64,000 bases of DNA from Acidimicrobiales bacterium (GTDB lineage: Bacteria > Actinomycetota > Acidimicrobiia > Acidimicrobiales > Aldehydirespiratoraceae). The translations under genes were made by a program, and so were the position numbers. The stretch lies in the NCBI GenBank assembly GCA_965116195.1, contig OZ220491.1, positions 336,042 through 400,041 of the forward strand, in the 5' to 3' direction. This document shows, piece after piece, positions 36,801 through 46,972 of this stretch. The notes under the pieces are model-generated. The model was not told where the DNA came from. It did no database searches and was given only the letters and a program-made list of their open reading frames with translations. The first letter of the stretch is position 1; each line of letters opens with the position of its first letter.

Positions 36801-36939
36801 TCAAGCGGCGGGGCTGCCGAGGCCATGTATGGAAGTGTAGCCAGCCAAGGCCATGGTGGATACACCTTCACGCAAGCGTCGCCTCGGCGTGGAGACGGCC
36901 CTGTTCACATTGATGGTTGAACTCCACAGAGCGACTGGG

Positions 36940-38853
36940 TCAGCCGGTGGCGCAGAGACCTTGGAGAGGGCAGATGTGGCATTTGGGGTTCCGCGGGGTG
37001 CAGGTGCTTGCTGCTAGCTCCAGGACACCGGCCATTGTCAACCGTGACTCATCAAAGGCGACATCGGCATTGGAGGAGGCACCAAGTAGTCGTGTAACGG
37101 CGAGGCGGCCCTGACTTTGGGATCGCCGACCGTTGAGATTGAGTCCGAAGACCCGGGACGCGACCCGCAGACTCCCCTGGTTGACTACCACGGGTGTCGG
37201 CCCGGCGGCCATGCCAACCAGTGAAGCTACTTCGGCGGTACGAGCTCCTATATGAGGCGCTCTCCGGAGACCTTCACATGATCCGAGTGCATCGGGATTG
37301 GCTGTGTACCAGTACGCGGCAGTGAGGATTTGATCAACCCTTTGCGCCCGTCCGACCTCGCTCGCGACATCACGGAGACGGCCCGCCTGCTTGATTGAGC
37401 GCAGTGGTGTGTCAAGATCCTTGATGGACGGCCATGCGGCCTCAATCACGTCACACGATGCCCGGTTGAGCAGGAGTTGACCCTGAAGTGCTGACCATGT
37501 GGTCGGTGCGTCGAGCCATGGAAGCGTGAGGGGTTCACGCCCCTCAAACCAGAGGGTGATTCTCTCAGCGAGGTCGTGGGTTGACCGCTTGGCCGGGGCT
37601 TTTGAAGCAAGAGCCTGTCGGATTGACCTGGCAACACGTTCGGCCAACATCGGCGGGACGGCGTTGCCGATCTGACGAAGTGCAGCCGAGGGCGGGCCGG
37701 CGAACCGTACCCGGTCGGGGAAGGTCTGGAGCCGAGCAGCTTCTCTAATCGTGAGAGTGCGGGGCTGGTCGGGGTGGATATACCAGTAGCCGTCACGGGC
37801 GATGTGCGCCGTGATGCTCCGGCTCGGGCCGTCCCAGTCGAGGCGCTTGTACTTGTCGTCGAAGATGTCGTCCCGATAGCGCTTCAGCGATTCATCAAGG
37901 TCGGAGTAGCGCGTTGAAGAATCCATGGAGTCAAAGATGATGCGGTCGTCGTCACGCACTGGCCGTGTGATGTGGTCGTGAACCCGCCGTGCGTTGACAC
38001 CCCGCATTCCTGTGCGAACTCTCCTGACAAAGGCCGTGGGTTTGGTGGGGCCTCTGTAACACAGGAAGCCGTCGGCCCCTTCCGCCGGACGCCAGCCACC
38101 CTCCACAGGTGGCAGGTCACCGATGGCATCCCGCACCGAGACGGCTTGACTGATCGGTTGCGGCCAGTCGAAGTGAGTCCTGCCAGCCAGGGCGACAAGG
38201 AAGAACCGCTGCCGCAACTGCGGTACGCCGTGGTCCCGGGCATGCAGCAACGTGGTATGGACGGCGTAGGAATCCTCCTCCAACTCGGCTATGAGCTTTC
38301 GGACGATGCTGGTGTCGGCGGCGATCGCCATGTCAGGGACGTTCTCAAGCATGACCGCAGGTGGCCGAACCCGCCGGACTATCTGGAGAAATGCCTGCCA
38401 TAGGTCGCTTCGTTCATCTTGCGCCGAGCGGAGGCCGGCTTGAACGAGACTCCGTATCTTTGACGTACCGGCTTTGGAGAATGGCTGACAGGGTGTGCCA
38501 CCGGCTACGACCTCGGGTTTCAGTTTGGCGATCAACTCGGCTACCTCATACACCGAGGTTGGATCGCTGAGGTCTCGGCAGAGTGTCAGTCCGGGATGAA
38601 GTCCGCTGTAGGTCTGAAGGGCCACCGGATCGTTGTCAACGCCGAGCACCACGTCGTATCCGGCGTCGGTGAGGCCGATGCTGAGACCGCCCGCTCCGCA
38701 GAAGAGATCCACCGCCAGTGGTCGGCTTGTGGATCTGGTGGCCGCCCAGTCCACGAGTTCTTCGGCTGTGTCAACAGTGTCTGGATGACGGGCAATCGTC
38801 ACGGACGGGCCGCGCACGACGCGCACGCCGCAGGTCTGGGAAGAGCCCGTCAT
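36940..38853 (-). CDS. DNA (cytosine-5)-methyltransferase fused to an EndoIII/MutY-like HhH [4Fe-4S] domain
   Basis: C5-MTase motifs: I DLFCGAGG, IV GGTPCQPFS, VI MLENVP, VIII QRRFFLV, IX REAARLQTFPD, X GNAVPP. The C-terminal ~200 aa carry an HhH element LRRAPHIGARTAEVASLV and a terminal C-x6-C-x2-C-x5-C cluster (CTPRNPKCHICPLQGLC). Confidence 0.85.
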   Translation of the reverse strand: MTGSSQTCGVRVVRGPSVTIARHPDTVDTAEELVDWAATRSTSRPLAVDLFCGAGGLSIGLTDAGYDVVLGVDNDPVALQTYSGLHPGLTLCRDLSDPTSVYEVAELIAKLKPEVVAGGTPCQPFSKAGTSKIRSLVQAGLRSAQDERSDLWQAFLQIVRRVRPPAVMLENVPDMAIAADTSIVRKLIAELEEDSYAVHTTLLHARDHGVPQLRQRFFLVALAGRTHFDWPQPISQAVSVRDAIGDLPPVEGGWRPAEGADGFLCYRGPTKPTAFVRRVRTGMRGVNARRVHDHITRPVRDDDRIIFDSMDSSTRYSDLDESLKRYRDDIFDDKYKRLDWDGPSRSITAHIARDGYWYIHPDQPRTLTIREAARLQTFPDRVRFAGPPSAALRQIGNAVPPMLAERVARSIRQALASKAPAKRSTHDLAERITLWFEGREPLTLPWLDAPTTWSALQGQLLLNRASCDVIEAAWPSIKDLDTPLRSIKQAGRLRDVASEVGRAQRVDQILTAAYWYTANPDALGSCEGLRRAPHIGARTAEVASLVGMAAGPTPVVVNQGSLRVASRVFGLNLNGRRSQSQGRLAVTRLLGASSNADVAFDESRLTMAGVLELAASTCTPRNPKCHICPLQGLCATG

Positions 38854-38977
38854 ATTGAGAGGATCCCCTCATTTGAGGCCCGACTCCCGATACCGGTTAC
38901 GAATCTGAGTGGAGGCAGAGTTTGATTATGGCAAGATAGAGATCCCGTCACTGAAGTGAAGAGCGCGAGGCTGGGCC

Positions 38978-39745
38978 GTGATTGATGGAGAGATCCTTCC
39001 GGGTGACCGCAGCGGTGGTGCCACCACAAGTCAGACCGTAGTGATTCCCGCCTTGATCACGCTACTGGACGCTGTTGAGCAACACGCTGACACGGAGGCG
39101 TACGAGCGAGTCGTCCTTGAAGAGAACTTGCTTGGAAAGGGCACAGTTGCGGCGCGGAAGCGCACTTTCCGGTACCTCCGCGAACTCTACCTGCTTCGGC
39201 CAGACTCGATTCTGTTCCGTGCTCTGCGCGACCTATGGACCGATGACAGTACAGGACGGTCACTTCTTGCAGGACTGTGCGCGCTTGCGCGTGACCCGGT
39301 CTTTAGAGCCAGCGCACGGCCGATTCTTACGGCAAGCTCCGGCGACCAGATGGTCAGCTCCGAGTTCGCCGACGCAGTCGAGAAGGAGTTTCCGACTATC
39401 TACAGCGAACTGACGCTGGCAAAGATAGGACGCAACACGTTCTCGTCCTGGGAGCAGACCGGCCACCTCAAAGCCATTGCCAGGACCGAGAAGGTACGGC
39501 GTCGACCAACCTGCACACCGGCGACGGTGGCCTATGCACTCATGCTGGGGTACCTTGAAGGCGTGAGAGGTGAGGCCCTGTGTGAGACGTTATGGGCGAA
39601 GGTACTTGATTTGTCACGGCAGCGCTTGTTTGACCTTGCGGCTGTTGCTTCGCAGCGGTCCCTCATTGACTTCAGGTACAGCGGCGGAATCACCGACTTC
39701 GGCTTCTCCGATCTTCTCCGTCCGATGGAGGGTCAACTGCTATGA
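38978..39745 (+). CDS. brxA: BREX protein BrxA (DUF1819-type)
   Basis: It is the first gene of a six-gene co-directional cluster. EENLLGKGTVAARKRTFRYLRELYLL...LCALARDPVFR fits the BrxA pattern. GTG start. Confidence 0.7.
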   Translation: MIDGEILPGDRSGGATTSQTVVIPALITLLDAVEQHADTEAYERVVLEENLLGKGTVAARKRTFRYLRELYLLRPDSILFRALRDLWTDDSTGRSLLAGLCALARDPVFRASARPILTASSGDQMVSSEFADAVEKEFPTIYSELTLAKIGRNTFSSWEQTGHLKAIARTEKVRRRPTCTPATVAYALMLGYLEGVRGEALCETLWAKVLDLSRQRLFDLAAVASQRSLIDFRYSGGITDFGFSDLLRPMEGQLL

Positions 39746-40296
39746 GCCTCGTCAATGGTTTGATAGAGAGCTATCAGCGATTCCTTAAGCTCCCTTGGCC
39801 TTCGGGTCTTGCGCCGGCGCAGCGCATCTGGATGGCTGTGTACGAGCCTGAGGATGAACGCAGGCTGAGACTCCACATGCCCGAGTTTGAGACCGCTACC
39901 AAGAAGGCCGGCTATGAGTGGGCACTCGTTGACATCACTAACGAGTTTGAGCTATGGATGGCCTGTCATGAATACCGGGATGCCTACTTTGCCAACCCTA
40001 GGCTCATGCAACCGGAGTTGGTCGGCTTTTTGGATCGACTCGTTGATAACGTGAGACAGCAAGTTACGGCGAAAACCACTGAGCGTACGATCATCGGCCT
40101 TCTGGGGGCTGCGAGTCTTTACGGCCTCGGTACGCATGTTAAAGTCTCAGCACTAATTGAGCGTGTCCAAGAATCTGTCCAAGGCCGCCTGCTCGTGTTT
40201 TTCCCCGGCGAGGCGCAAGGCAACAGCTACCGACTGCTTGGTGCCCGTGACGGTTGGAACTATCTCGCAACTCGCATCACTGCACAGAAAGGCTGA
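39742..40296 (+). CDS. brxB: BREX protein BrxB (DUF1788-type)
   Basis: ATGA overlap with brxA. RIWMAVYEPEDERRLRLHMPEFETATKKAGYEWALVDITNEFELWM and the C-terminal LVFFPGE fit DUF1788. Confidence 0.75.
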   Translation: MSLVNGLIESYQRFLKLPWPSGLAPAQRIWMAVYEPEDERRLRLHMPEFETATKKAGYEWALVDITNEFELWMACHEYRDAYFANPRLMQPELVGFLDRLVDNVRQQVTAKTTERTIIGLLGAASLYGLGTHVKVSALIERVQESVQGRLLVFFPGEAQGNSYRLLGARDGWNYLATRITAQKG

Positions 40297-40302
40297 CTTT
40301 AC

Positions 40303-43300
40303 GTGACCATGCAGAACCGTGAGGTGTTCGCTATTGATCCAACTAAACGCAATATCCCGAACCTCGGAGTGGCCAAGGTTCTCAACCCTAATAGCGAGGG
40401 TGCTTGGGCGACCCTGGAATGGGAATTGAGCAGTTTTGTCTGCGAAGGTGAGTACGAACGAGGCCTTGAGCGCATCCTTGATCAGTTTCTAAGCCATCTG
40501 AGTCGGGGCGAACAACCCGCGGTCTGGGTGAGTGGGTTTTTTGGCAGCGGCAAGTCGCACCTGATGCGGGTACTGGAGTACCTGTGGCGTGACTACAAGT
40601 TCTCCTCTGGAGCATCGGCCCGCGGCATGGCGACACTAACGCCGGACATTGATCGGCATCTTGTCGAACTCTCTAATGAAGGAAAGCGGCAGGGCGGACT
40701 GTGGTCGGCGGCTGGCACCCTCGGCTCCGGTGCTGATGGCTCGGTGAGGCTCGCATTCCTTGAGATCATCTTTGACGCAGCCGGGCTGCCCCGGCAGTAC
40801 GCCCAGGCGCGACTGGCCATTTACCTCAAGAATGAAGGTCTCTACGAACAAGTGCGAGCCTCAGTCGAGAAACAGGGACGGAATCTGGAGCACGAACTGA
40901 GGAACCTCTACGTGTCGCCCGTTCTAGCACAATCGCTCATTGATGCAGGTACCGCGTTTGGCGTAACCGCCTCCGAGGTGAGCACTGCGCTGCAGAGCCA
41001 GTATCCGATGCTCAACGACATTAGCAACGATGAAATGCTCAACACCTTCGAAGATGTCCTTAAGTTGGAGAGTACCGCCGACGGCAAGTTGCCGCTAGCG
41101 CTCGTCGTGCTTGACGAAATGCAGCAGTACATCAATGACGAGAACGCAAGGGCCGAGCATGTCCAACACCTTGTTGAGGGGTGCAGTTCCCGATTTGGCA
41201 GTCAAGTCGTTGTTGTAGCGACCGGACAGGCAGCTCTCACCGCCAATCCTACTTTGCAGAAGCTGATTGACCGCTTCTCGGTCACGGTCGCCTTGTCAGA
41301 CACGGACGTGGAAACCGTAGTGCGGAAGGTGGTCCTCTGCAAGAAACCTGATGCCACAGATACGATCAAAGACGCTCTCGACAAGGTCAGCGGCGAGATT
41401 GACCGACAGTTGGGAGGAACGCGACTAGAGGCACAAGCGGACGACAAAACGACACTTGTGTCTGACTATCCACTGTTGCCGACTCGAAGGCGATTCTGGG
41501 AACGAGCGCTGCGAGCGATTGACAAGGCTGGCAAGTCCGGTGTGTTGCGCACGCAACTCAAGATCGTTCACGACGCTGCACGAAGCGTTGCCGACAAGCC
41601 ACTCGGCAACGTCATTGGCGGTGACTTCATCTTCCATTCGGAGTGCGCCAGCATGCTTCAGAGCGGAGTTCTCCTAAAAGAAATTGATGAGCGTATACGC
41701 GGCTTGGAAGATGGTTTGCCAGATGGCAAGCTGAAGTCCCGGGCATCCGCCCTGATCTTCCTCATCTCACAGCTCCCCCATGACGCTGTCGGCGACACCG
41801 GAGTTCGGGCAACATCGCACTTTATCGCTGATCTCCTCGTTGAGGACCTCGCATCTGACGGCGTGCAGCTTCGGAAGGAAGTGCCTCGGATACTAGATGA
41901 TCTCGTGCAGCAAGGCCTCGTCATGAAACTTGGTGACGAATTCCGGCTGCAGACCGAAGAAGGAGCAGAATGGACGAGAGAGTATAACCGCCAAAGAGCA
42001 TCTATCCGTGACGACGCTGCACGTGTGGCACAGCTCAGGAACGAATGGTTGTCCAACATCGTTGACGAGAGGCTCTCGGGCATCAAGCTTGTCCAAGGCG
42101 ACAGCAAGACCCCCAGGAAGTTCAGACGATACTGGGACGACGATGAACCCGACCAAGATGAAACAGCCATACCGCTATGGATCCGTAACGAGTGGAACGT
42201 GACCGAGGCGCAGGCCAAGAAGAGTTTCTTGGAGGCAGGTATCGATAGTCCGACTGTGTTCGTCCTTCTACCGAAGGTCAATGCGGGTGCGATCCGTGAT
42301 ACTCTCGCCGGGTATGCGGCTGGATTGGACACCGTCGGTCAGCGGCCCGAGCCGCGGACTGACGAAGGTCGTCAGGCAAAGCGCGCAATGGAAGCACGAG
42401 TGGCGGACGAAGAACGCCATCTGAATGAGCTTATTGGTGAGGTCATTGATCAGGCTCGCGTGTTCCAGGGTGGGGGCAACGAACTCACGACATCCTCGCT
42501 TCGTATGGGCGTTGAGATGGCAGGAAAACATGCACTGAGTCGGCAGTTCCCCAAGTTCGCAATCGCGGATCACGCCAACTGGGGCAAGGTCAAGGACAAG
42601 GCTCGCGATGGAGCACCTGACGCGCTCACGTGGGTGGACTGGGAGGGCGAAGTGCCGTCGAACCCCGTCTGCCAAGAAGTCTTGAGACGGATTTCAGCAG
42701 ATGGGACGAAGGGTGGCGAAATTCGTGACTTGGAAGCCGCTCCTTACGGGTGGCCTAAGGACGCGATTGATGGTGCGCTGCTTGTGTTGTTCGCCAACGG
42801 CAACATTCGAGCTCAGCGTGGCGGCCAATTCGTTCAGAGCGCAAAAGAGCTACCGACACCGCAGATCGGAAAAACGACCTTCTACAAGGAGGACGAACCG
42901 CCATCCGCGCTCGAACGAATGGCCGTGAGGGGCGTACTTACTGAGGCGAACATCTCCTATACATCGGGTCAAGAGGACTTAGCCATCAGCGATCTTCTGA
43001 AGAGCCTTATTGCTCTGTCTGAATGCGCTGGAGGATCAGCCCCTTTACCGCAACCGCCAGACACTACCTACGTCAAAAATCTGTCGACTCTCGCAGGTAA
43101 CAAGTTATTTCGCGCCGTGGCCCAAGGGGCGGAACAACTCCGCCAAGACATCAGATGCTGGACTTCTGCAAAAGGTGAACGATGCCAACGTGAGGTGCTG
43201 TGGTCGAAACTTGACCGACTGCTTGATCACGCCTCATCTTTGAGCGCCGCGTGTGATATCCGCGTCCAGCGTGATGCCATCTTCGATAATCGCCTGCTTC

Positions 43301-43770
43301 TAGGAAGTCCTGATCCAGTAACTCCCCTCATCAAGCAAGTCAGTCTCCTCCTCAGAACGGCATTCAAGGGAGCCCTTGCGCAGCTCAGATCCGACTGCGA
43401 TTCTGCGATTGCCTCGTTGCACGCCACTGACGAATGGGATCAACTCAGTGACGAACAAAGAGAAGTGGTGCTCGCCGATGCTGGTCTCATACTGCCCACC
43501 GAACCAGATGTCTCTGACGTTGACGAACTCCTTGAAGCATTGAACGCACAACCATTGGAGGTAATCAGTGACAGGATCCAGGCGCTTCCGACGAAGGGGG
43601 TTGAGGCCCGCAAGCAGATCGCCAAGATCATTGATCCCGAGCCGAAGATCGCAAGAGTCGCACCTCCTACGGCCACGTTGAAATCTGAGTCCGACGTCGA
43701 TAACTATCTTGTTGAGCTACGGACGACATTGATGGAGCATATTAGTGCCGGTGAGACGGTGATCACGTGA
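40303..43770 (+). CDS. brxC: BREX ATPase BrxC/PglY, 1155 aa
   Basis: Walker A VSGFFGSGKSHLMRVL and Walker B ALVVLDEMQQY. Size and position are typical of BrxC. Confidence 0.85.
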   Translation: MTMQNREVFAIDPTKRNIPNLGVAKVLNPNSEGAWATLEWELSSFVCEGEYERGLERILDQFLSHLSRGEQPAVWVSGFFGSGKSHLMRVLEYLWRDYKFSSGASARGMATLTPDIDRHLVELSNEGKRQGGLWSAAGTLGSGADGSVRLAFLEIIFDAAGLPRQYAQARLAIYLKNEGLYEQVRASVEKQGRNLEHELRNLYVSPVLAQSLIDAGTAFGVTASEVSTALQSQYPMLNDISNDEMLNTFEDVLKLESTADGKLPLALVVLDEMQQYINDENARAEHVQHLVEGCSSRFGSQVVVVATGQAALTANPTLQKLIDRFSVTVALSDTDVETVVRKVVLCKKPDATDTIKDALDKVSGEIDRQLGGTRLEAQADDKTTLVSDYPLLPTRRRFWERALRAIDKAGKSGVLRTQLKIVHDAARSVADKPLGNVIGGDFIFHSECASMLQSGVLLKEIDERIRGLEDGLPDGKLKSRASALIFLISQLPHDAVGDTGVRATSHFIADLLVEDLASDGVQLRKEVPRILDDLVQQGLVMKLGDEFRLQTEEGAEWTREYNRQRASIRDDAARVAQLRNEWLSNIVDERLSGIKLVQGDSKTPRKFRRYWDDDEPDQDETAIPLWIRNEWNVTEAQAKKSFLEAGIDSPTVFVLLPKVNAGAIRDTLAGYAAGLDTVGQRPEPRTDEGRQAKRAMEARVADEERHLNELIGEVIDQARVFQGGGNELTTSSLRMGVEMAGKHALSRQFPKFAIADHANWGKVKDKARDGAPDALTWVDWEGEVPSNPVCQEVLRRISADGTKGGEIRDLEAAPYGWPKDAIDGALLVLFANGNIRAQRGGQFVQSAKELPTPQIGKTTFYKEDEPPSALERMAVRGVLTEANISYTSGQEDLAISDLLKSLIALSECAGGSAPLPQPPDTTYVKNLSTLAGNKLFRAVAQGAEQLRQDIRCWTSAKGERCQREVLWSKLDRLLDHASSLSAACDIRVQRDAIFDNRLLLGSPDPVTPLIKQVSLLLRTAFKGALAQLRSDCDSAIASLHATDEWDQLSDEQREVVLADAGLILPTEPDVSDVDELLEALNAQPLEVISDRIQALPTKGVEARKQIAKIIDPEPKIARVAPPTATLKSESDVDNYLVELRTTLMEHISAGETVIT

Positions 43771-43783
43771 TCGGCGCGACCTG

Positions 43784-46700
43784 ATGGGCGTTTTGGTGCC
43801 GGAGTTGCGGCGCGAGTTGGAGGAGGCCTGTGTGCGTGGTCGGCGAGCGTCTGAGGGTGCCTGTCGGGCTGCGTTGGGCTCGTTGGGTGTGTTGGCGGAA
43901 CGTCCGCCGGGACATCTAGATGATGGGAAACGAGCGCTCCGGCGGGGTTTACGAGCCAAGGCCAGGCAACTTGGGGATATGAGTGGTTCGGTCGAGTTGC
44001 TGGTAGGGGAGTGCGCGTATGCGCAGTGGCATAGGTTGTTGTTTTCGCGGTTCCTTGCCGAGAACGGTTTGCTGATCCATCCGGACTATGAGGTGCCCGT
44101 GACGCTGGCTGAGTGCGACGAACTAGCTCCCGAGTTAGGAGAACCGGATGGATGGAGTGTGGCTACTCGCTTCGCCGCAGAAATCTTGCCTGGTATATTC
44201 AGGTTGGATGATCCGTGCGTGAAGCTCCGGTTGGCCCCCGAGGGTCGTTTGGAGTTGGAGCGTATCGTCGGTTGTCTCTCGGAGGGGGTGTTCGTCGCTG
44301 ACGATTCGCTGGGGTGGGTTTACCAGTTCTGGCAGCGGGACAAAAAGGACCAGGTAAACGCTTCGGAACGCAAGATTGGTGGAGCAGATCTCGGGCCGGT
44401 GACCCAGCTGTTCACTGAGGACTACATGGTCCGGTTTCTTTTGGAGAACTCGCTCGGGGCTTGGTGGGCGGTCCGCCACCCGGAGAGCCAACTGCTCAAG
44501 AAATGGAAGTACCTACGTTTCGATGACGATGGTCGGCCAACCGCTGGAGGATTCGAGAAGTGGCCGGACCATGTTGCCGAACTGACGGTGATGGATCCGT
44601 GTTGCGGGTCGGGTCACTTCTTGGTCCAAGCCTTCGCAATGTTGTGGCAGATGCGATCTGAAGAGGAGGCTCTGAGTCCGGTGGCAGCGCAGGATGCAGT
44701 ACTACGCGACAATTTGTATGGGTTGGAACTGGATCCTCGCTGTGTGCAGATCGCGATGTTTGCCATCTGCGCGCAGGCCTGGAAGTCGGGTGGCGGGTGG
44801 CGTGAACTCCCGGTGCCGCACATTGCGTGCTCGGGTCTCTCAGTAAAAGCGTCTGTGGACGAGTGGGTGCAGCTTGCAAAGGGTGATGAGCGGCTTAAGG
44901 ACGCTCTAGTGCGGCTTCACATCCTTTTCCGGGAAGCGGACACGCTCGGCAGCCTGATTGATCCCAAGCGAGTGGTGGGGATCGCCGATCCGACAGGACA
45001 GCAGTCATCATTCCAAGACGTCAACTGGGACGAGATCGTGCCGCTAGTTACTGAAGCGCTCAGTCGTGAGGTGGATGACCCCACAACGGCTGTGCTCGGT
45101 GCAAACGCAACCGGCCTCGCTAGAGCTGCTGACTACCTCTCGCGTCGATACAACCTCATCATGACTAACCCGCCCTTTCTCGGTCGGGCGAAGCAGCGAG
45201 ATGACTTGAAGCAGCACTTGTCGATGTTCCATTCTTTGGCCCAAGGTGACCTTGCTACAACTATTCAGGCAAGATGGAGTGCATGTGGCGATGTTTACGC
45301 ATTGGTATTGCCTCAGAATTGGCTCACAGATACTAGTTATCGTTCGCTACGAAAGGAAACGTTGACCAAACGCCATCTCGCGATGATTGCTTGGCTCGGT
45401 CCCGAGGCTTTTCGATCGATGTCAGGTCCGTTTGTCCAGCCAGTGTTAATGGTTGAGGGTCAGTCGAACGGACCTCGTCAGCACATTAGCCTATTGGATG
45501 TTAGCGCGTCTAGTGGTGCTGACGCTAAGGCGATGGCCTTGCGGACGGCCGAGTTCCGGCGCGTGCAACAGTCCGCACAACTTGATAATCCCGACCATAG
45601 AATCCTGTTCCTGCCGATCGGTTCATCTAATGCAGCCTTGTTGGACGCATTTGCGAATGCTTGGCAAGGAATAGCTTCCAGCGATAAGCCGCGATTTGAT
45701 CGTGTCTTTTGGGAGATGCCTTGTCTACTGGAGGGCTGGAGATATCAACAAAGCACAGTTAGCACAACTGCAGTCTATGGTGGTCGTGGGGCAGTCCTAT
45801 TTTGGGAGAATGGTTCTGGGCAGATGACCGAGGTCTGCCAACCCGGCGCACCCTTCAGGGGCAAGGAGGCGTGGGGTCGATCAGGGGTTGTCATATCGCA
45901 GATGGGAAATTTGCCTGCAACGATCTATACGGGTGAGTGCTTTGACAACAACGCTGCGGTGCTGACGCTGAGCGACGAGGAACTGCTTCCAGCGCTGTGG
46001 GCTTTTGTGACTTCAGACGAGTATTGCGTCCTCGTGCGACGTATCGACCGCATAACGAAAGTGACTAACTCGACGTTGACAAAGGTGCCGTTTGATGTGG
46101 AGCGGTGGCGCGAAGTGGCGGAGGAAAAGTACCCGGATGGGTTGCCGAAGCCGTGGTCAGATGATCCGACGCAGTGGTTGTTCGGGGGGCGACCGGAGGA
46201 GGCGACTGAGTCGTTGCAGGTCGCTGTGGGGCGGTTGCTAGGTTATCGGTGGCCCGGGCAATCCGAGGCCGATGATCTCGACGAGTTAGCAGATGAAGAC
46301 GGGATCGTCTGTTTGTCGTCGGTGTTGGGCGAACCAGCGGCTGACGATCGGCTTCGGGAGGTGTTAGCTTGGGCGTTCAGTGGGTGTTCGCCGGCGAAGA
46401 CGAGGGAGTTGTTGGTGGCAGCGGGTTCGAAGAAAAAGGACCTCAAGTTGTGGCTGCGGGACGACTTCTTCAAGGCGCACTGCAAGATATTCGGGAATCG
46501 GCCGTTCATTTGGCATGTCTGGGACGGCCGAAGGGATGGCTTCGCTGCGCTGATAAATTACCATCGGCTCAATCGGGCCACACTTGAGAGGCTGGCCTTC
46601 ACTTATCTGGGTGATTGGATGGAGCGACAGTCTGCCGGTATCCGTGATGAGGTGGAGGGTGCGGACGAACGGCTGGCGGCGGCGCAGAACCTGCAGGGGC

Positions 46701-46972
46701 GGCTTAAGCTGATCCTGGAGGGGGAGCCTCCCTTTGATATCTATGTGAGGTGGAAGTCACTTGCGGAGCAGCCTATGGGATGGGAACCGAATCTCAACGA
46801 TGGAGTACGACTGAACGTGCGACCGTTCGTTGAGGCGGGTGTGTTGCGGTCAAAATTCAATGTCAAATGGGGCAAGGACAAAGGCAAGAACCCCGATGGT
46901 AGTGAGCGACACAACGATCATCACTTCACCTTGGCCGACAAGGAAACTGCACGCAACAGAACCCAACCATGA
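43784..46972 (+). CDS. pglX: BREX N6-adenine DNA methyltransferase PglX
   Basis: SAM motif VMDPCCGSGHFLV and catalytic NLIMTNPPFLG (NPPF). 1062 aa. Confidence 0.85.
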   Translation: MGVLVPELRRELEEACVRGRRASEGACRAALGSLGVLAERPPGHLDDGKRALRRGLRAKARQLGDMSGSVELLVGECAYAQWHRLLFSRFLAENGLLIHPDYEVPVTLAECDELAPELGEPDGWSVATRFAAEILPGIFRLDDPCVKLRLAPEGRLELERIVGCLSEGVFVADDSLGWVYQFWQRDKKDQVNASERKIGGADLGPVTQLFTEDYMVRFLLENSLGAWWAVRHPESQLLKKWKYLRFDDDGRPTAGGFEKWPDHVAELTVMDPCCGSGHFLVQAFAMLWQMRSEEEALSPVAAQDAVLRDNLYGLELDPRCVQIAMFAICAQAWKSGGGWRELPVPHIACSGLSVKASVDEWVQLAKGDERLKDALVRLHILFREADTLGSLIDPKRVVGIADPTGQQSSFQDVNWDEIVPLVTEALSREVDDPTTAVLGANATGLARAADYLSRRYNLIMTNPPFLGRAKQRDDLKQHLSMFHSLAQGDLATTIQARWSACGDVYALVLPQNWLTDTSYRSLRKETLTKRHLAMIAWLGPEAFRSMSGPFVQPVLMVEGQSNGPRQHISLLDVSASSGADAKAMALRTAEFRRVQQSAQLDNPDHRILFLPIGSSNAALLDAFANAWQGIASSDKPRFDRVFWEMPCLLEGWRYQQSTVSTTAVYGGRGAVLFWENGSGQMTEVCQPGAPFRGKEAWGRSGVVISQMGNLPATIYTGECFDNNAAVLTLSDEELLPALWAFVTSDEYCVLVRRIDRITKVTNSTLTKVPFDVERWREVAEEKYPDGLPKPWSDDPTQWLFGGRPEEATESLQVAVGRLLGYRWPGQSEADDLDELADEDGIVCLSSVLGEPAADDRLREVLAWAFSGCSPAKTRELLVAAGSKKKDLKLWLRDDFFKAHCKIFGNRPFIWHVWDGRRDGFAALINYHRLNRATLERLAFTYLGDWMERQSAGIRDEVEGADERLAAAQNLQGRLKLILEGEPPFDIYVRWKSLAEQPMGWEPNLNDGVRLNVRPFVEAGVLRSKFNVKWGKDKGKNPDGSERHNDHHFTLADKETARNRTQP

